From positions 292 to 64,291 of the forward strand of contig CAZRIK010000002.1 of the NCBI GenBank assembly GCA_964600125.1: a stretch of DNA of 64,000 nt, read 5' to 3'. Origin of the DNA: an uncultured Candidatus Bathyarchaeia archaeon. Its GTDB lineage: Archaea > Thermoproteota > Bathyarchaeia > Bathyarchaeales > DTEX01. Position 1 is the first letter of the stretch; the number at the start of each line of letters is the position of its first letter. The notes beneath the pieces are model-generated. The model was given only the letters and a program-made list of their open reading frames with translations. It did no database searches and had not been told where the DNA came from. The position numbers and the translations under genes are program-made. Of this stretch, positions 1 through 9,377 are shown piece after piece.

Positions 1-417
1 TTTCTCGATTTTTGTTTCGAAAACATGCTCAGTTTGGCTCATTGAACAACTCTCCGTTAAGCTTCATTTACTAATCTTGAACATATATAAACGTAGAAGC
101 AAAGACGACCAGAAGTGCGCTCAATTACTGAGGTACAATTAATAAAGAGAAAAAGGCATCAAGCGTTCTTTTTGGAAATTTATACGCAAATCGGATTCTT
201 CAAAATATGTGCATCGAAAAATTTCTCAGGCCAAGATAATGAAAAGTTTCTAAATTTATCTTAATAGGGAGAGCATTCACGTTTAGACGGTTCAAACGAC
301 GACGGAGTAATAACTGTGACTTTGGACTCCGACTAAAGATACTGGAAATCGAATATCGCTGCCGTCCGAATCCAGTTCAACTTGATTTGGGGGGATTATG
401 TTTCACCCAGTATGATC

Positions 418-1785
418 TTAATCCGTGGTTAACGGCTCAATGTCAAGCAAGTAACAGAGATCCAGCAATTCTTCCTTAAGATCGCCGTAGCACATGGAGA
501 TGTATTCGCTTCTTTGGTTTTGAACAAATTGGTCAACGTCTCCTTTGAGCTTGATAAAGGCGTGAGGCCAACATGGAAAGCCGCACTCGTTTAGCTCTTT
601 CTGCAGTTTCGACTTGGGTGGGACGTATGACTCGCCTAAAGAAATGTGCATAAAGTATTTCCCCTTAATTCTCATCAGCCGAGCAAGCGTTATTGGCCCA
701 GGTTTGCATACAAGACCTACGCAGATTCCGTCTGCGTCGCCTTCTCCGAACACTCCCCTTTTGCTGAGCTTGACTTCTTTCTTGTTTTCTGCAATGTTCA
801 AGGGGCAAGTTCCATCAGAAGTAAGCACCACAACGTTATCACTTTTTCTTATTCGCTGCACATCTGGGTTGAAAACCGAAAAACCGCTCAGCAGCTGAAG
901 CATGTATGCTGTGAGGGCGGTGTTCAAGTCTCCTATACATGCGCTTGTAAAGCCCTCGTTTCCAAGCAGGCTCTGAGCAAGGCAGGCGGTGGCATAATTG
1001 TCTCCAATTTCTGGGAAACACTTGAGGGCGGTAAAATCGAACGCGTTCTCCTGAATGACCTTCTTCATAGCCAGATACAATCTTATGGACCGATCCATGA
1101 CGTCGTCAAAGGGAGGCACGTCGCCCGCGACGTTCTTCAATTCCTCATATTCCCTTGCAACTTCGTCTTTCGGTATCCGCTCAGCTTTTTGGACGACCAC
1201 GTATTGGTCAACATGGTCTACGTTGACGCCAAACTTTTGCATCCAAAAGGCTTCGTCGACCCTTCCCGGAGAGGCGCCCATGCTGATTCCTCCTATCAAG
1301 CCAACGGTCGAACCCTTCAGCCGATTTACCACTTTTGCTGCATTAACGTAGCCCTTGATTTTTTTATGGGTCTCGGGGTCATCTGGGAAGCCGTAGACGA
1401 ATTTGTGCTTAAGGCCAATCTCGTCGAATGCTCCATGAAGCACCAGCGCCCCACCAGTCCCCCAGCCCTGCGAAATCGGAGTTGTCCATATGAGAATCGG
1501 CTTAGAACTGAGAGATGCTGCGCCGACAATCTCCGACGCCCAAAGCCACGAAGCCACATAAAGTACTATGCAATCCACGTTCTCTTTTTCCACAATACTC
1601 ACAGCTGTTGCTGCGTCTTTCTTTGTGCGCACAATTTCGTTGTATCTGCAGACATCAAGCCCAACGCCTTTTAGGCTGTTCACCGCTTGCTCAATCATTT
1701 GGCGGTCAATCAGAGGACGACCAAAAGTGTCTATCATTTTAACGTGGACGCCGCAGGGAATAAAACCAACTTTTGGATTTGACAT
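418..1785 (-). CDS. L-fucose/L-arabinose isomerase family sugar isomerase
   Basis: 455-aa ORF. Its overall pattern resembles FucI/AraA-like (COG2407-type) isomerases. It is clustered with a PfkB kinase and two dehydrogenases. Confidence 0.55.
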   Translation of the reverse strand: MSNPKVGFIPCGVHVKMIDTFGRPLIDRQMIEQAVNSLKGVGLDVCRYNEIVRTKKDAATAVSIVEKENVDCIVLYVASWLWASEIVGAASLSSKPILIWTTPISQGWGTGGALVLHGAFDEIGLKHKFVYGFPDDPETHKKIKGYVNAAKVVNRLKGSTVGLIGGISMGASPGRVDEAFWMQKFGVNVDHVDQYVVVQKAERIPKDEVAREYEELKNVAGDVPPFDDVMDRSIRLYLAMKKVIQENAFDFTALKCFPEIGDNYATACLAQSLLGNEGFTSACIGDLNTALTAYMLQLLSGFSVFNPDVQRIRKSDNVVVLTSDGTCPLNIAENKKEVKLSKRGVFGEGDADGICVGLVCKPGPITLARLMRIKGKYFMHISLGESYVPPKSKLQKELNECGFPCWPHAFIKLKGDVDQFVQNQRSEYISMCYGDLKEELLDLCYLLDIEPLTTD

Positions 1786-1963
1786 TTTGTTTCATGCTCA
1801 AGTTTGGCATCTGATATTTATCAGTTTCTAAGGGTCAACAAGTAATCTGCAATATATTATAATTCAAAGTTTTATGAATCAGTCTGCAAAGCATAAAACA
1901 TATTACGTTCTTGGAGGTTCGGTATAGCAGCTTCACAAGTAACATAATGAAGCTCAAAACTTT

Positions 1964-2899
1964 GTGGGCATGGTTGTAGGCGGTGGGAAAAAAGTGTTCG
2001 ACGTGATCGGGCTGGGGGCTTCTGCTTGTGACTTCTTAGGGGTAGTTCCCCACTATCCAGCACTGGACGAGAGGTTAAGGATGCTGGAGATTCACCGTCA
2101 AGGCGGAGGCGAAGCGGCAACAGCCTTGGTGACTCTTTCTAGGCTAGGAATCAGGACATCCTATGTAGGGAAGATCGGGGACGACGAGATGGGCAGGTTC
2201 ATAATCAACGAATTCAAGAGAGAAAACGTGGACACCAGCCACATAGTGGTCGAGAAAGGCGGTTCATCAATCTTCGCATTCTCGATCGTCGACAAAGAGA
2301 CCGGAAAGAGGACCATACTGTGGCACAAACAAATGAAACCCTTAGCTCCCGACGAGATGAACGAAGAGTTCATGCTCTCAGCGAAAATACTTCACGTGGA
2401 TCAGCACGAACCTGAAGCGGCTTTAGCGGCGGCTAGATGGTTTAAGAAGGCGGGCAAGACGGTTGTTTTGGACATCGATTCGATTGATGCTCGATTACAG
2501 AAATTGGCAAGATTAGCAGATGTAGTCATAGGCTCAGAGGTCTTCGCCAAAAAATTCGCTTCAGGCGATGACTATTTCGAGGCAGCAGAGAACGTTAGTT
2601 CCTTTGGGCCTGAGACTGTTGTGTTCACGCTCGGGGAGAAGGGTTGCTTATGCAGGTCAAAAGGAGACGCATTCGTACAACCAGCCTTTGAGGTCAACGT
2701 TGTAGACACCACGGGAAGCGGAGACGCATTTCACGGAGCCTTCATCTACGGGATTCTGCAGAATTGGGATTTGAGAAAGACCGCCGAGTTCTCTAACGCC
2801 GTAGCCGCGATGAAATGCAGGAGAATCGGAGGCAGAGCTGGCATTCCCACCCGTAAAGAAGCAGATGAATTCTTGAAAAACGCAAAAACAAAAAAATAA
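1964..2899 (+). CDS. PfkB-family carbohydrate kinase (ribokinase-like)
   Basis: 311-aa ORF with the C-terminal PfkB signature DTTGSGDAFHGAFIYG and an N-terminal GLGASACDF region. Confidence 0.85.
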   Translation: MGMVVGGGKKVFDVIGLGASACDFLGVVPHYPALDERLRMLEIHRQGGGEAATALVTLSRLGIRTSYVGKIGDDEMGRFIINEFKRENVDTSHIVVEKGGSSIFAFSIVDKETGKRTILWHKQMKPLAPDEMNEEFMLSAKILHVDQHEPEAALAAARWFKKAGKTVVLDIDSIDARLQKLARLADVVIGSEVFAKKFASGDDYFEAAENVSSFGPETVVFTLGEKGCLCRSKGDAFVQPAFEVNVVDTTGSGDAFHGAFIYGILQNWDLRKTAEFSNAVAAMKCRRIGGRAGIPTRKEADEFLKNAKTKK

Positions 2900-2912
2900 G
2901 ATAAAAAGAATC

Positions 2913-4469
2913 CTATTTTTCTATCCATTCAACTTCCGATAATCCGTCATTCGGCAGCAACGCGGGTCGCAGATACTTGTCTTTGAAGAAATTGCTGGCG
3001 TCCTCCTCAAGGTCCTTGAACCTGTATTTGTTTCCTGAAAACTTTGCGAGTTCAATTGTGCCTCTTTCGATCATTCTCAGAACGTTCTCAATGGCTCTCG
3101 TGTTGCATCCGCTCAAGCCTTGGGTTCCAGAATTGCCATAGTGCCAGACTCCGCTTTCCACTCTGATTTCGCCCTTGGTTCCAGCAAACGCGTGGATTCT
3201 CCAGCCTGAACCAGAAACGATCCTGTGCGCCAGCTCAACCGCACTAGCATCGCCTGCAGCGATTAAAACGTCATCAATAGCGGACAATTTGCTATATTGC
3301 TTTCTGAATCGTCTCGCGTTCTCTTCGTGAGGAAGATTCGAATCGTAAACGAAGAATTCGATCATACCTTCGAATCTTCCGCCAAAGAGTTTCTCGGCAA
3401 GCATGGCTTTCTCCTCGCTTCTGACGAACATTACTACCTTGGACGCGCCGCCCACCTGCATCTGTTCATCGACCGTTAATGCCACCTCAGCAGCGATAAA
3501 CGCCATTGCTCCTGAACCCATTATAACAGTCACGCCCCCTCTTCGCACTCCCTTCTTCATTATATTGCCATTCTCGTTCTGACCTTCCGGATGAACAGAA
3601 AGGTCAAGGCAGTCAACAAGACAGGCCGTAGGCTCGACTAAGGCAGCCTCCGTGTCGCTTATTCCATTCGGCACCCTCGTGACGCATCCGCTTCGGATCG
3701 GCTCAGGCGTAATTCGCACGTACTGCGCAAACCCGCCATCGAGTGTTCTAGAAACGTCCTCGATGTCCATTCCAAGAAGCTGGACACCAGCAACATTTCC
3801 TTTTTGCAGAAATTCGGGAGGGTCCCTGTATCGAGCGCACCTTGTCTGAAGAATGACTCTTTCGCCTTCCTTGAAGTCAAGATACTCTCTAGGCAGACGA
3901 TGGAGCCAAGTGCTTGTGTATCCTAAAGGTTTAGTCAAGTTCTTAACGTTCGAACCGACTTTTTCAATTGTGCCAACCATCTCGTGACCAACGACCCTAC
4001 CCCACTCCCTGAAGAGGCTGCCAGTAAGATTGGCTCTTTGCTCCTTGGTCAGGTTTCCCCAATACCTCACTAAGTTCCTGTAGAGTTCGTCTTCAACTTG
4101 CCCATTTGCCTCGTCTGTTCTGAGAAAGCGCACGTATTCTCCCAGGTTTGATTGATCAAAGGACCCTTTGAGGTTTGTGAGGTCGCCTAGTTCACTCAAT
4201 AGAATGTTATCTGTTTTACTGTTTCCTTCGTTGTAGTATCTGACTTCTGTCCCGCAGCGATGAACCATGCTGACCTTGACGACGAGGTCGTTTGCCGTGT
4301 AAAAGACGGGTCGGTCACTCACCACTCTGAAGTCGCCGACGCCGTAATAGACGAGAGCGTTCATGCCGCCCGCAGCGACGCCTTCAACTCTTGCCTTCCT
4401 ACTCTTTTCTTTATAGACGTCGCTAGGTTTCAAGTTCAGCCTTGATTGTCGTTTATGCAAAGTAGACAC
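2913..4469 (-). CDS. Zn-dependent alcohol/polyol dehydrogenase (MDR family) with an unusually long insertion
   Basis: 518-aa ORF. It has an HRCGTE (Cys Zn ligand region) and a GHEMVGTIEKVG motif (the GHE motif of MDR dehydrogenases), separated by ~75 extra residues. A Rossmann-like VTVIMGSGAMAF segment is also present. Confidence 0.6.
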   Translation of the reverse strand: MSTLHKRQSRLNLKPSDVYKEKSRKARVEGVAAGGMNALVYYGVGDFRVVSDRPVFYTANDLVVKVSMVHRCGTEVRYYNEGNSKTDNILLSELGDLTNLKGSFDQSNLGEYVRFLRTDEANGQVEDELYRNLVRYWGNLTKEQRANLTGSLFREWGRVVGHEMVGTIEKVGSNVKNLTKPLGYTSTWLHRLPREYLDFKEGERVILQTRCARYRDPPEFLQKGNVAGVQLLGMDIEDVSRTLDGGFAQYVRITPEPIRSGCVTRVPNGISDTEAALVEPTACLVDCLDLSVHPEGQNENGNIMKKGVRRGGVTVIMGSGAMAFIAAEVALTVDEQMQVGGASKVVMFVRSEEKAMLAEKLFGGRFEGMIEFFVYDSNLPHEENARRFRKQYSKLSAIDDVLIAAGDASAVELAHRIVSGSGWRIHAFAGTKGEIRVESGVWHYGNSGTQGLSGCNTRAIENVLRMIERGTIELAKFSGNKYRFKDLEEDASNFFKDKYLRPALLPNDGLSEVEWIEK

Positions 4470-4473
4470 TTCC

Positions 4474-5277
4474 TCAAGTTGGCATCAAGCCTCCGTTGAG
4501 CAGAATCGTCTGGCAATTGATGAAGCCTGCCCTCTCAGAACTCAGGAAAACCACCAAGTTTGCCACGTCCACAATCGTGCATGCTCTTCTGACCGGAATC
4601 TTGCCGATTCTGCTCTTTATCAATTCTTCAGGCGACCTCACTCCTTCCTTCTCTATAGAAATCTCGTAAAGGCTTGGGTTTTGACTCCAGCTCCCCGTTT
4701 CGTATATGTCAGTGGGCGCTATCGCGTTCACGGTAATCCCGAACTGCCCCAGTTCACGTCCCAACGCGTGGGTAAGCCCCCTTAAGGCAAACTTGCTCAT
4801 GGAATAGGCTGATAGTCCAGCGCTGCCTACAACGCCGGACATTGAGCTGATGTTGATGATTCTCCCATATCTTTGACGTTTCATGTGCGGAGAGACCGCT
4901 TTTACGCAATGAACTGCCCCCTTTACGTTCACATCCATGGTTGTCTTGAAGTCTTTTTCTGTGACGTCCTGAATAAAGTGGGGGATTACCACGCCCACAT
5001 TGTTCACGAGCATGTGAACCGAGCCGAACCTGTCAACCGTCTCCTTGACCAGATGCTTGACGCTTTTCTCGCGTGTGATGTCTACCTCTTGAGCAATGCA
5101 AGTGGCTTCGGGGAACTTCTCCCTTATTTCGTCTTCCACTTTCGAAGCTTTCTCGCCATTTATGTCTGCGATGACTACGCATGCACGCTCTTCCGCAAGA
5201 CCCATAGCAATTCCTCTACCCACACCTGATGCTCCGCCAGTCACGATGGCGATCTTGCCTTTGAGATTGAGCTGCAA
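4474..5277 (-). CDS. short-chain dehydrogenase/reductase (SDR)
   Basis: 267 aa. It has a TGGASGVGRGIA cofactor motif, NNVG, and the catalytic YSMSK (YxxxK) motif. Confidence 0.85.
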   Translation of the reverse strand: MQLNLKGKIAIVTGGASGVGRGIAMGLAEERACVVIADINGEKASKVEDEIREKFPEATCIAQEVDITREKSVKHLVKETVDRFGSVHMLVNNVGVVIPHFIQDVTEKDFKTTMDVNVKGAVHCVKAVSPHMKRQRYGRIINISSMSGVVGSAGLSAYSMSKFALRGLTHALGRELGQFGITVNAIAPTDIYETGSWSQNPSLYEISIEKEGVRSPEELIKSRIGKIPVRRACTIVDVANLVVFLSSERAGFINCQTILLNGGLMPT

Positions 5278-5452
5278 TTTGATAATTCCTCAAAGAAATA
5301 AAATGAATCGTAAGATAAGAGTTATGGAGACAGGTCGTCATCTGACTAACTGTCGAGGAAGAAAGCAATCTTTACTGAAACGGAAAGATGGAATAAAATA
5401 CTTTTTTTTAAAAAAAAGCGACTTTTATTCGTTAATAAAGGTTCCTTAGAGG

Positions 5453-5650
5453 GCAGTAAAAGTTAGCTATTTGGGCAACTTTTCTCTTTGAAGCCAATAT
5501 TACCCATCTCTACTTGCGGCGCTTCAGGACGGGGCAACATCAGCGTCTTAAAGGTAGTGTAGCCCTTGTTCTTTGGCTGATTTTTCGAGATAAAGGACCG
5601 CCAGCTTCACAATCACGGCAAAAAATGCCAGCTGCAAGAACATTCCCCCG
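5453..5650. repeat. copy A of a duplicated segment (3' end of the ABC-2 permease gene plus downstream sequence); partner at 7431..7579
   Basis: ttaRaggtagtgtagcccttgttctttggctgatttttcgagataaaggaccg is nearly identical at 5548.. and 7481... cagtaaaagttRgctattt is shared at 5454.. and 7432... Confidence 0.8.
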
Positions 5651-5694
5651 AGCTCCTTCCGAAGACCAAGTCGTTGGTCGGCGCATAAGTCTCG
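5548..5694 (-). pseudogene. remnant of a paralogous ABC-2 permease C-terminus
   Basis: The minus-strand frame reads ...GGMFLQLAFFAVIVKLAVLYLEKSAKEQGLHYL*. The end of the intact permease at 7481..8290 reads ...AGLFLQLVIFAVIAKLTVLYLEKSAKEQGLHYL*. There is no N-terminal part and no start codon. Confidence 0.65.
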
Positions 5695-5833
5695 TTAAAG
5701 GCTGATCTGTGAGACATCTTTGCTTCCTGTTCAAGGATTGCGTCGCAATTTCCACAGGTAACTTTGCTGTTTTCTGGGTCCTTAATCGTGTGGTTGCTGA
5801 AGCATTCGGGGCAAGTTTGGTTTAATTTAGCTA
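5613..5833 (-). pseudogene. start-less TFB/TFIIB-like N-terminal Zn-ribbon fragment
   Basis: An open frame without ATG/GTG/TTG before the Cys motif reads KLNQTCPECFSNHTIKDPENSKVTCGNCDAILEQEAKMSHRSAFNE. This fits the CPxC...CxxC ribbon followed by an (E)WRAF-like segment seen in archaeal TFB. It runs into the permease remnant in another frame. Confidence 0.35.
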
Positions 5834-6008
5834 ACTATTTGGGTTCAACGCCTAAGCAATTCGCTAACTCCAAAGGAAGAAGGAGACCTACGCGCATCTA
5901 TTACCCAGAACCCCTTAGAGTTCCTCCGCGGAAATCAGTGTCTCTCGACTCTAAAGACATCTTTAGAGGGCTAGAAAAATAGAGAGCGCATAACTTTGAA
6001 CTAGCCAT

Positions 6009-7052
6009 TTATTGGTTTTTGACAGTTTCTATTAGGGCTATGACATTTTCTAATGGAGAATCTGCTAGGATGGAGTGGGATGGTCCTAGGATGTATCCTC
6101 CACCTGCCCCCACCTCCCTAATCATACGGTGTACGGTTTCCTTTACTTCTTCGGGGGATCCGAAAGGGAGGAGGTTTTGGATTCCGATGCCTCCGTGGAA
6201 GGAAAGTCTGTCTCCATGCTTTTTCTTCATTTCATAGACGTCCATTATTTCTGGTTGGAAGGGATTGTAAACATCTAAGCCTATCTCAATCAGGTCTGGA
6301 AAGATTGCTGTAACATTTCCGTCCGAGTGAAGATACGTGGATTTTCCTGCTTCTTTTACGAGAGCGAACATCTTCGCCATCCTAGGCTTGATAAACCTGC
6401 GCCAATTCTTAACACCCATAAGAAGGCCATCTCGGTAGCCCCAGTCGTCCCCGAAGCTAACCGCATCTATATCGTACTTTAACATCTGTTCAATTACAGC
6501 CAAGTAATACTCAGTTACACCGTCCATCAAGTCCTCGACGAATTCTGGGTTTCGGTACATGTCCACTATTAGGTTCTGCATACCCCTCAAAGCCCAAGAT
6601 GTTTCAAAGAGATGTGCCTCGTCAGCAAGAATGAAGTAATCCTTATTGTCCTCGACAAATTGGGGAAAATGCGAAAAAGCTGCCTTGCTAGGTGGTTCAG
6701 GAAATTTGAAGTCATCAAACAATGGCTCCTTAAGAACGCAGTTGGTAGGGCGACCCCATTCTCCTTCACCATAAAGTCCCCTTGTGTCCCAGACTATGTC
6801 CCATCCGTCCCGCCATAATCCCGGACTTACTTCCTCTTCAAGTCCATGAAATTGCCCTAGGCTCTTGGGTTCGACGTTTCTAAAGTGGTTGCCGACCCAC
6901 TCGTTGAAAAAAGCGGGGTCTTCTAGACGGGTGTCTCCATAATATTTCTCTACCTTCACCCGTATTGGATCTGTCAGACTCATCTGCCAAGGTACTATAT
7001 CTACATCTTCATGCGCAATGGCATCTTTTACTCTTGACCGTTTGGTTATCAT
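6009..7052 (-). CDS. uroporphyrinogen decarboxylase (URO-D) family protein, MtaA/CmuA-like methyltransferase type
   Basis: 347 aa. It shows a typical URO-D family C-terminal half (HSDGNVTAIFPDLIEIGLDVYNPFQPE, GGYILGPSH). Confidence 0.7.
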   Translation of the reverse strand: MITKRSRVKDAIAHEDVDIVPWQMSLTDPIRVKVEKYYGDTRLEDPAFFNEWVGNHFRNVEPKSLGQFHGLEEEVSPGLWRDGWDIVWDTRGLYGEGEWGRPTNCVLKEPLFDDFKFPEPPSKAAFSHFPQFVEDNKDYFILADEAHLFETSWALRGMQNLIVDMYRNPEFVEDLMDGVTEYYLAVIEQMLKYDIDAVSFGDDWGYRDGLLMGVKNWRRFIKPRMAKMFALVKEAGKSTYLHSDGNVTAIFPDLIEIGLDVYNPFQPEIMDVYEMKKKHGDRLSFHGGIGIQNLLPFGSPEEVKETVHRMIREVGAGGGYILGPSHSILADSPLENVIALIETVKNQ

Positions 7053-7159
7053 GCGTTCTCACTACTTAACTTTCGACTGAGCAGAGAAATATTAGTCGAA
7101 CATAAAAGATTATGGATTCATGTGTGCCACAAAATGAAGTTGGCATACACTCCATCGGA

Positions 7160-7384
7160 TTATCTGTAAGCTGCGGCTAGGTGCCACGTTCTGTATCCTT
7201 CTATGCTTAGCCCCGTCAGGTAGACGCGTGATTCGTCAACGTTGTACCGTTGCACGGCGTCCACAAGGAAGTCGTATGGCACTATGGCAAGATGGCGACG
7301 AACGGAAAAAACGTCTTTCTCTTCAACGATTTTTGGGATTTCGTGCTTCTTGACAATTTCAAGATCATCTCCTCTTTCACCCAT
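7160..7384 (-). pseudogene. truncated alpha/beta-hydrolase (esterase/PHB-depolymerase-like) fragment
   Basis: The 74-aa ORF ends in SRVYLTGLSIEGYRTWHLAAAYR*. This resembles the nucleophile-elbow region (RVYxTGLSxGG) of esterases, but with a degenerate GxSxG and a premature stop. Esterase-like sequence continues past the stop. Confidence 0.4.
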
Positions 7385-7430
7385 CCTAGCTAGCTACTAA
7401 TTTCGAACGTATACAAACATCGAAGCAAGG

Positions 7431-7579
7431 ACAGTAAAAGTTGGCTATTTAGACAATTAAGACATGGCAATATTAGTGCCTTAGAGGTAGTGTAGCCCTT
7501 GTTCTTTGGCTGATTTTTCGAGATAAAGGACCGTTAGCTTCGCAATCACCGCGAAGATTACTAGCTGCAGGAATAGTCC
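7431..7579. repeat. copy B of the duplicated segment (see 5453..5650)
   Basis: Alignment by eye covers about 100 nt of coding 3' end at high identity, plus a ~25-nt downstream block. Confidence 0.8.
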
Positions 7580-8290
7580 CGCCCATTCGTACGCGACGGG
7601 CATGATCGGTCTTGTGTCCATCACGTAGTATCTCAACAAGTCCATACCGAATGTTAAGGGCAAGGAGTACCCCACAATCTGCAACGGTACCGGAAGCAGC
7701 TGGAACGGAACAAACATGCCTGTGAGCATCTGGAACGCGAAGTTGAAGAAGCTAAAGATCGCTGTAGTCTGCCTGAACTTTAAGACCAAACTGGCGAATA
7801 TGGCGCCTAATTGTGCCACTGCAGCCACGGAGACCATGGTTGCCGTTAACCCTAGGAAAAGCCCGAGCGGAGTCAAGGTTGAGCTGGTGAAATACAATGC
7901 GACGCAGAACATGGGAGCAAAGAATATTGTGGACTGCAACGCTGAGGCAGCTATGTTGCTTGCGATGTACCAGTACCTCGAAAATGGGCAGCTAAACGTG
8001 TAGTCAATCTGACCTGAGCTAAGTTCACCTTGGAACATGCCTGCTGAACCCCAAAGAGCCGTATTCTGCCAACTTTGGAAGCTAATGCCGAGGATGATGA
8101 AGGCCACATAGTTCGTTGAGCCCACCAAGTTGCCAAGCATGTTAGTGTCAAATGCCATAGCCAAAATAAGCATGCCGAATCCGAACAGGACGCTTCCAAG
8201 CATCTCAAAAATGAAGTTCGCCTTGTAACGTGTCATGGTTAAAAGGTTCCGCCAAACCGACATGTAAAACAGTTTAACCGCGCTAGGCAC
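7481..8290 (-). CDS. ABC-2 type transporter permease
   Basis: 269 aa, with about 6 hydrophobic segments. It overlaps the upstream ATPase gene by 8 nt (operon). Confidence 0.8.
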   Translation of the reverse strand: MPSAVKLFYMSVWRNLLTMTRYKANFIFEMLGSVLFGFGMLILAMAFDTNMLGNLVGSTNYVAFIILGISFQSWQNTALWGSAGMFQGELSSGQIDYTFSCPFSRYWYIASNIAASALQSTIFFAPMFCVALYFTSSTLTPLGLFLGLTATMVSVAAVAQLGAIFASLVLKFRQTTAIFSFFNFAFQMLTGMFVPFQLLPVPLQIVGYSLPLTFGMDLLRYYVMDTRPIMPVAYEWAGLFLQLVIFAVIAKLTVLYLEKSAKEQGLHYL

Positions 8291-9251
8291 CTGTTTTCAC
8301 CTCGTCCTCACCATTCTCAACGAAAAACGCAAACGCGTCCTCAAGGGAAGGCTCAACCATCCGCACCGGGACTTTTAGACCTGAATGTTTAAGCAAATCC
8401 ACAACGTCGGACAGAATGCTGAAGGCGTCGTCGCAGTGCAACCTAACACTTAGATTGCGGGAAATATTCCTTACGCCAGGCAACGCCAAAAGGTTTGACT
8501 CCAACTCTTGGCTGAGGTTGTTAACGCCAATCTCTAACGTCTCTTTTACTGTGACCTGTCTCTTGAATTCGGATGATGTGCCAATGAATTTCACTGCCCC
8601 GTGGTCTATGAGCGCCAGCCTGTCGCAGACCTCTTCAGCTTCAAGCATGTTGTGCGTCGTAATCATGAGGGTCATCCCGTGGTCCTGAGCGTACTTTTTG
8701 AGGTAAGTTCGAGCTCGGCGCCCAGTCATCGGGTCAAGGCTCTTGGAAGGCTCGTCGAGGAAGCACACCTGCGGGTTATGGATTATGGCTCTCATCACGA
8801 TGACGAGCTGCTTCTCGCCCCCCGACAACGTGATGAAGTGCCTGTCCAAACGGTCCGTGAACCCGACGCCTGCAGCGATCTCTTCAGTCCGCTGCTTCGC
8901 AATTTTATATGGAATATCTCTTAACGCGTAGGCGAAATACAAAAGGTTCTCCCGGACGCTCAGCCTCCAATAGGCAGACCGCTCCGAGTCTTGGCCTGCG
9001 TAGCCGATGATTTGTCGCACCTTGTTCTCCTGCTTGTCCACGTCGAAGCCTCCGACTTCCGCGTGGCCCCCAGTTGCTTTTAGAAGCGTGGTTAAAATCC
9101 TGACGAGGGTCGTCTTTCCGGCGCCGTTTGGTCCAAGCAGCCCGAAAACCTCGCCTTCTTTAACGTCCAAGCTCAGGTGGTCGAGTGCCGTGACCTTCTT
9201 TTTGCCGTTGTACACCTTGACTAGGTCTTCGCAGACGACGGGGGCTTCCAT
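8283..9251 (-). CDS. ABC transporter ATP-binding protein
   Basis: Walker A GPNGAGKTT, signature LSGGEKQ and Walker B FLDEPS. 322 aa. Confidence 0.9.
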   Translation of the reverse strand: MEAPVVCEDLVKVYNGKKKVTALDHLSLDVKEGEVFGLLGPNGAGKTTLVRILTTLLKATGGHAEVGGFDVDKQENKVRQIIGYAGQDSERSAYWRLSVRENLLYFAYALRDIPYKIAKQRTEEIAAGVGFTDRLDRHFITLSGGEKQLVIVMRAIIHNPQVCFLDEPSKSLDPMTGRRARTYLKKYAQDHGMTLMITTHNMLEAEEVCDRLALIDHGAVKFIGTSSEFKRQVTVKETLEIGVNNLSQELESNLLALPGVRNISRNLSVRLHCDDAFSILSDVVDLLKHSGLKVPVRMVEPSLEDAFAFFVENGEDEVKTGA

Positions 9252-9377
9252 AATGGTTCACTGCTGATTGGGTACGCTTTTACAAAAACATACGTATGGT
9301 CACTTTAGTTAACTGTTCTGCGAAAAAGTGACCAGACAATCAGCTCAGTACACAAATGGGTCTCAAAGCTTCAATGG

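Noticed and set aside
646-1674. 342-aa plus-strand ORF overlapping the isomerase gene
   Set aside because: It is antisense to an ORF with a coherent enzyme-like sequence. Its own translation is low-complexity (Ser/Cys/Arg/His-rich) and has no motif.
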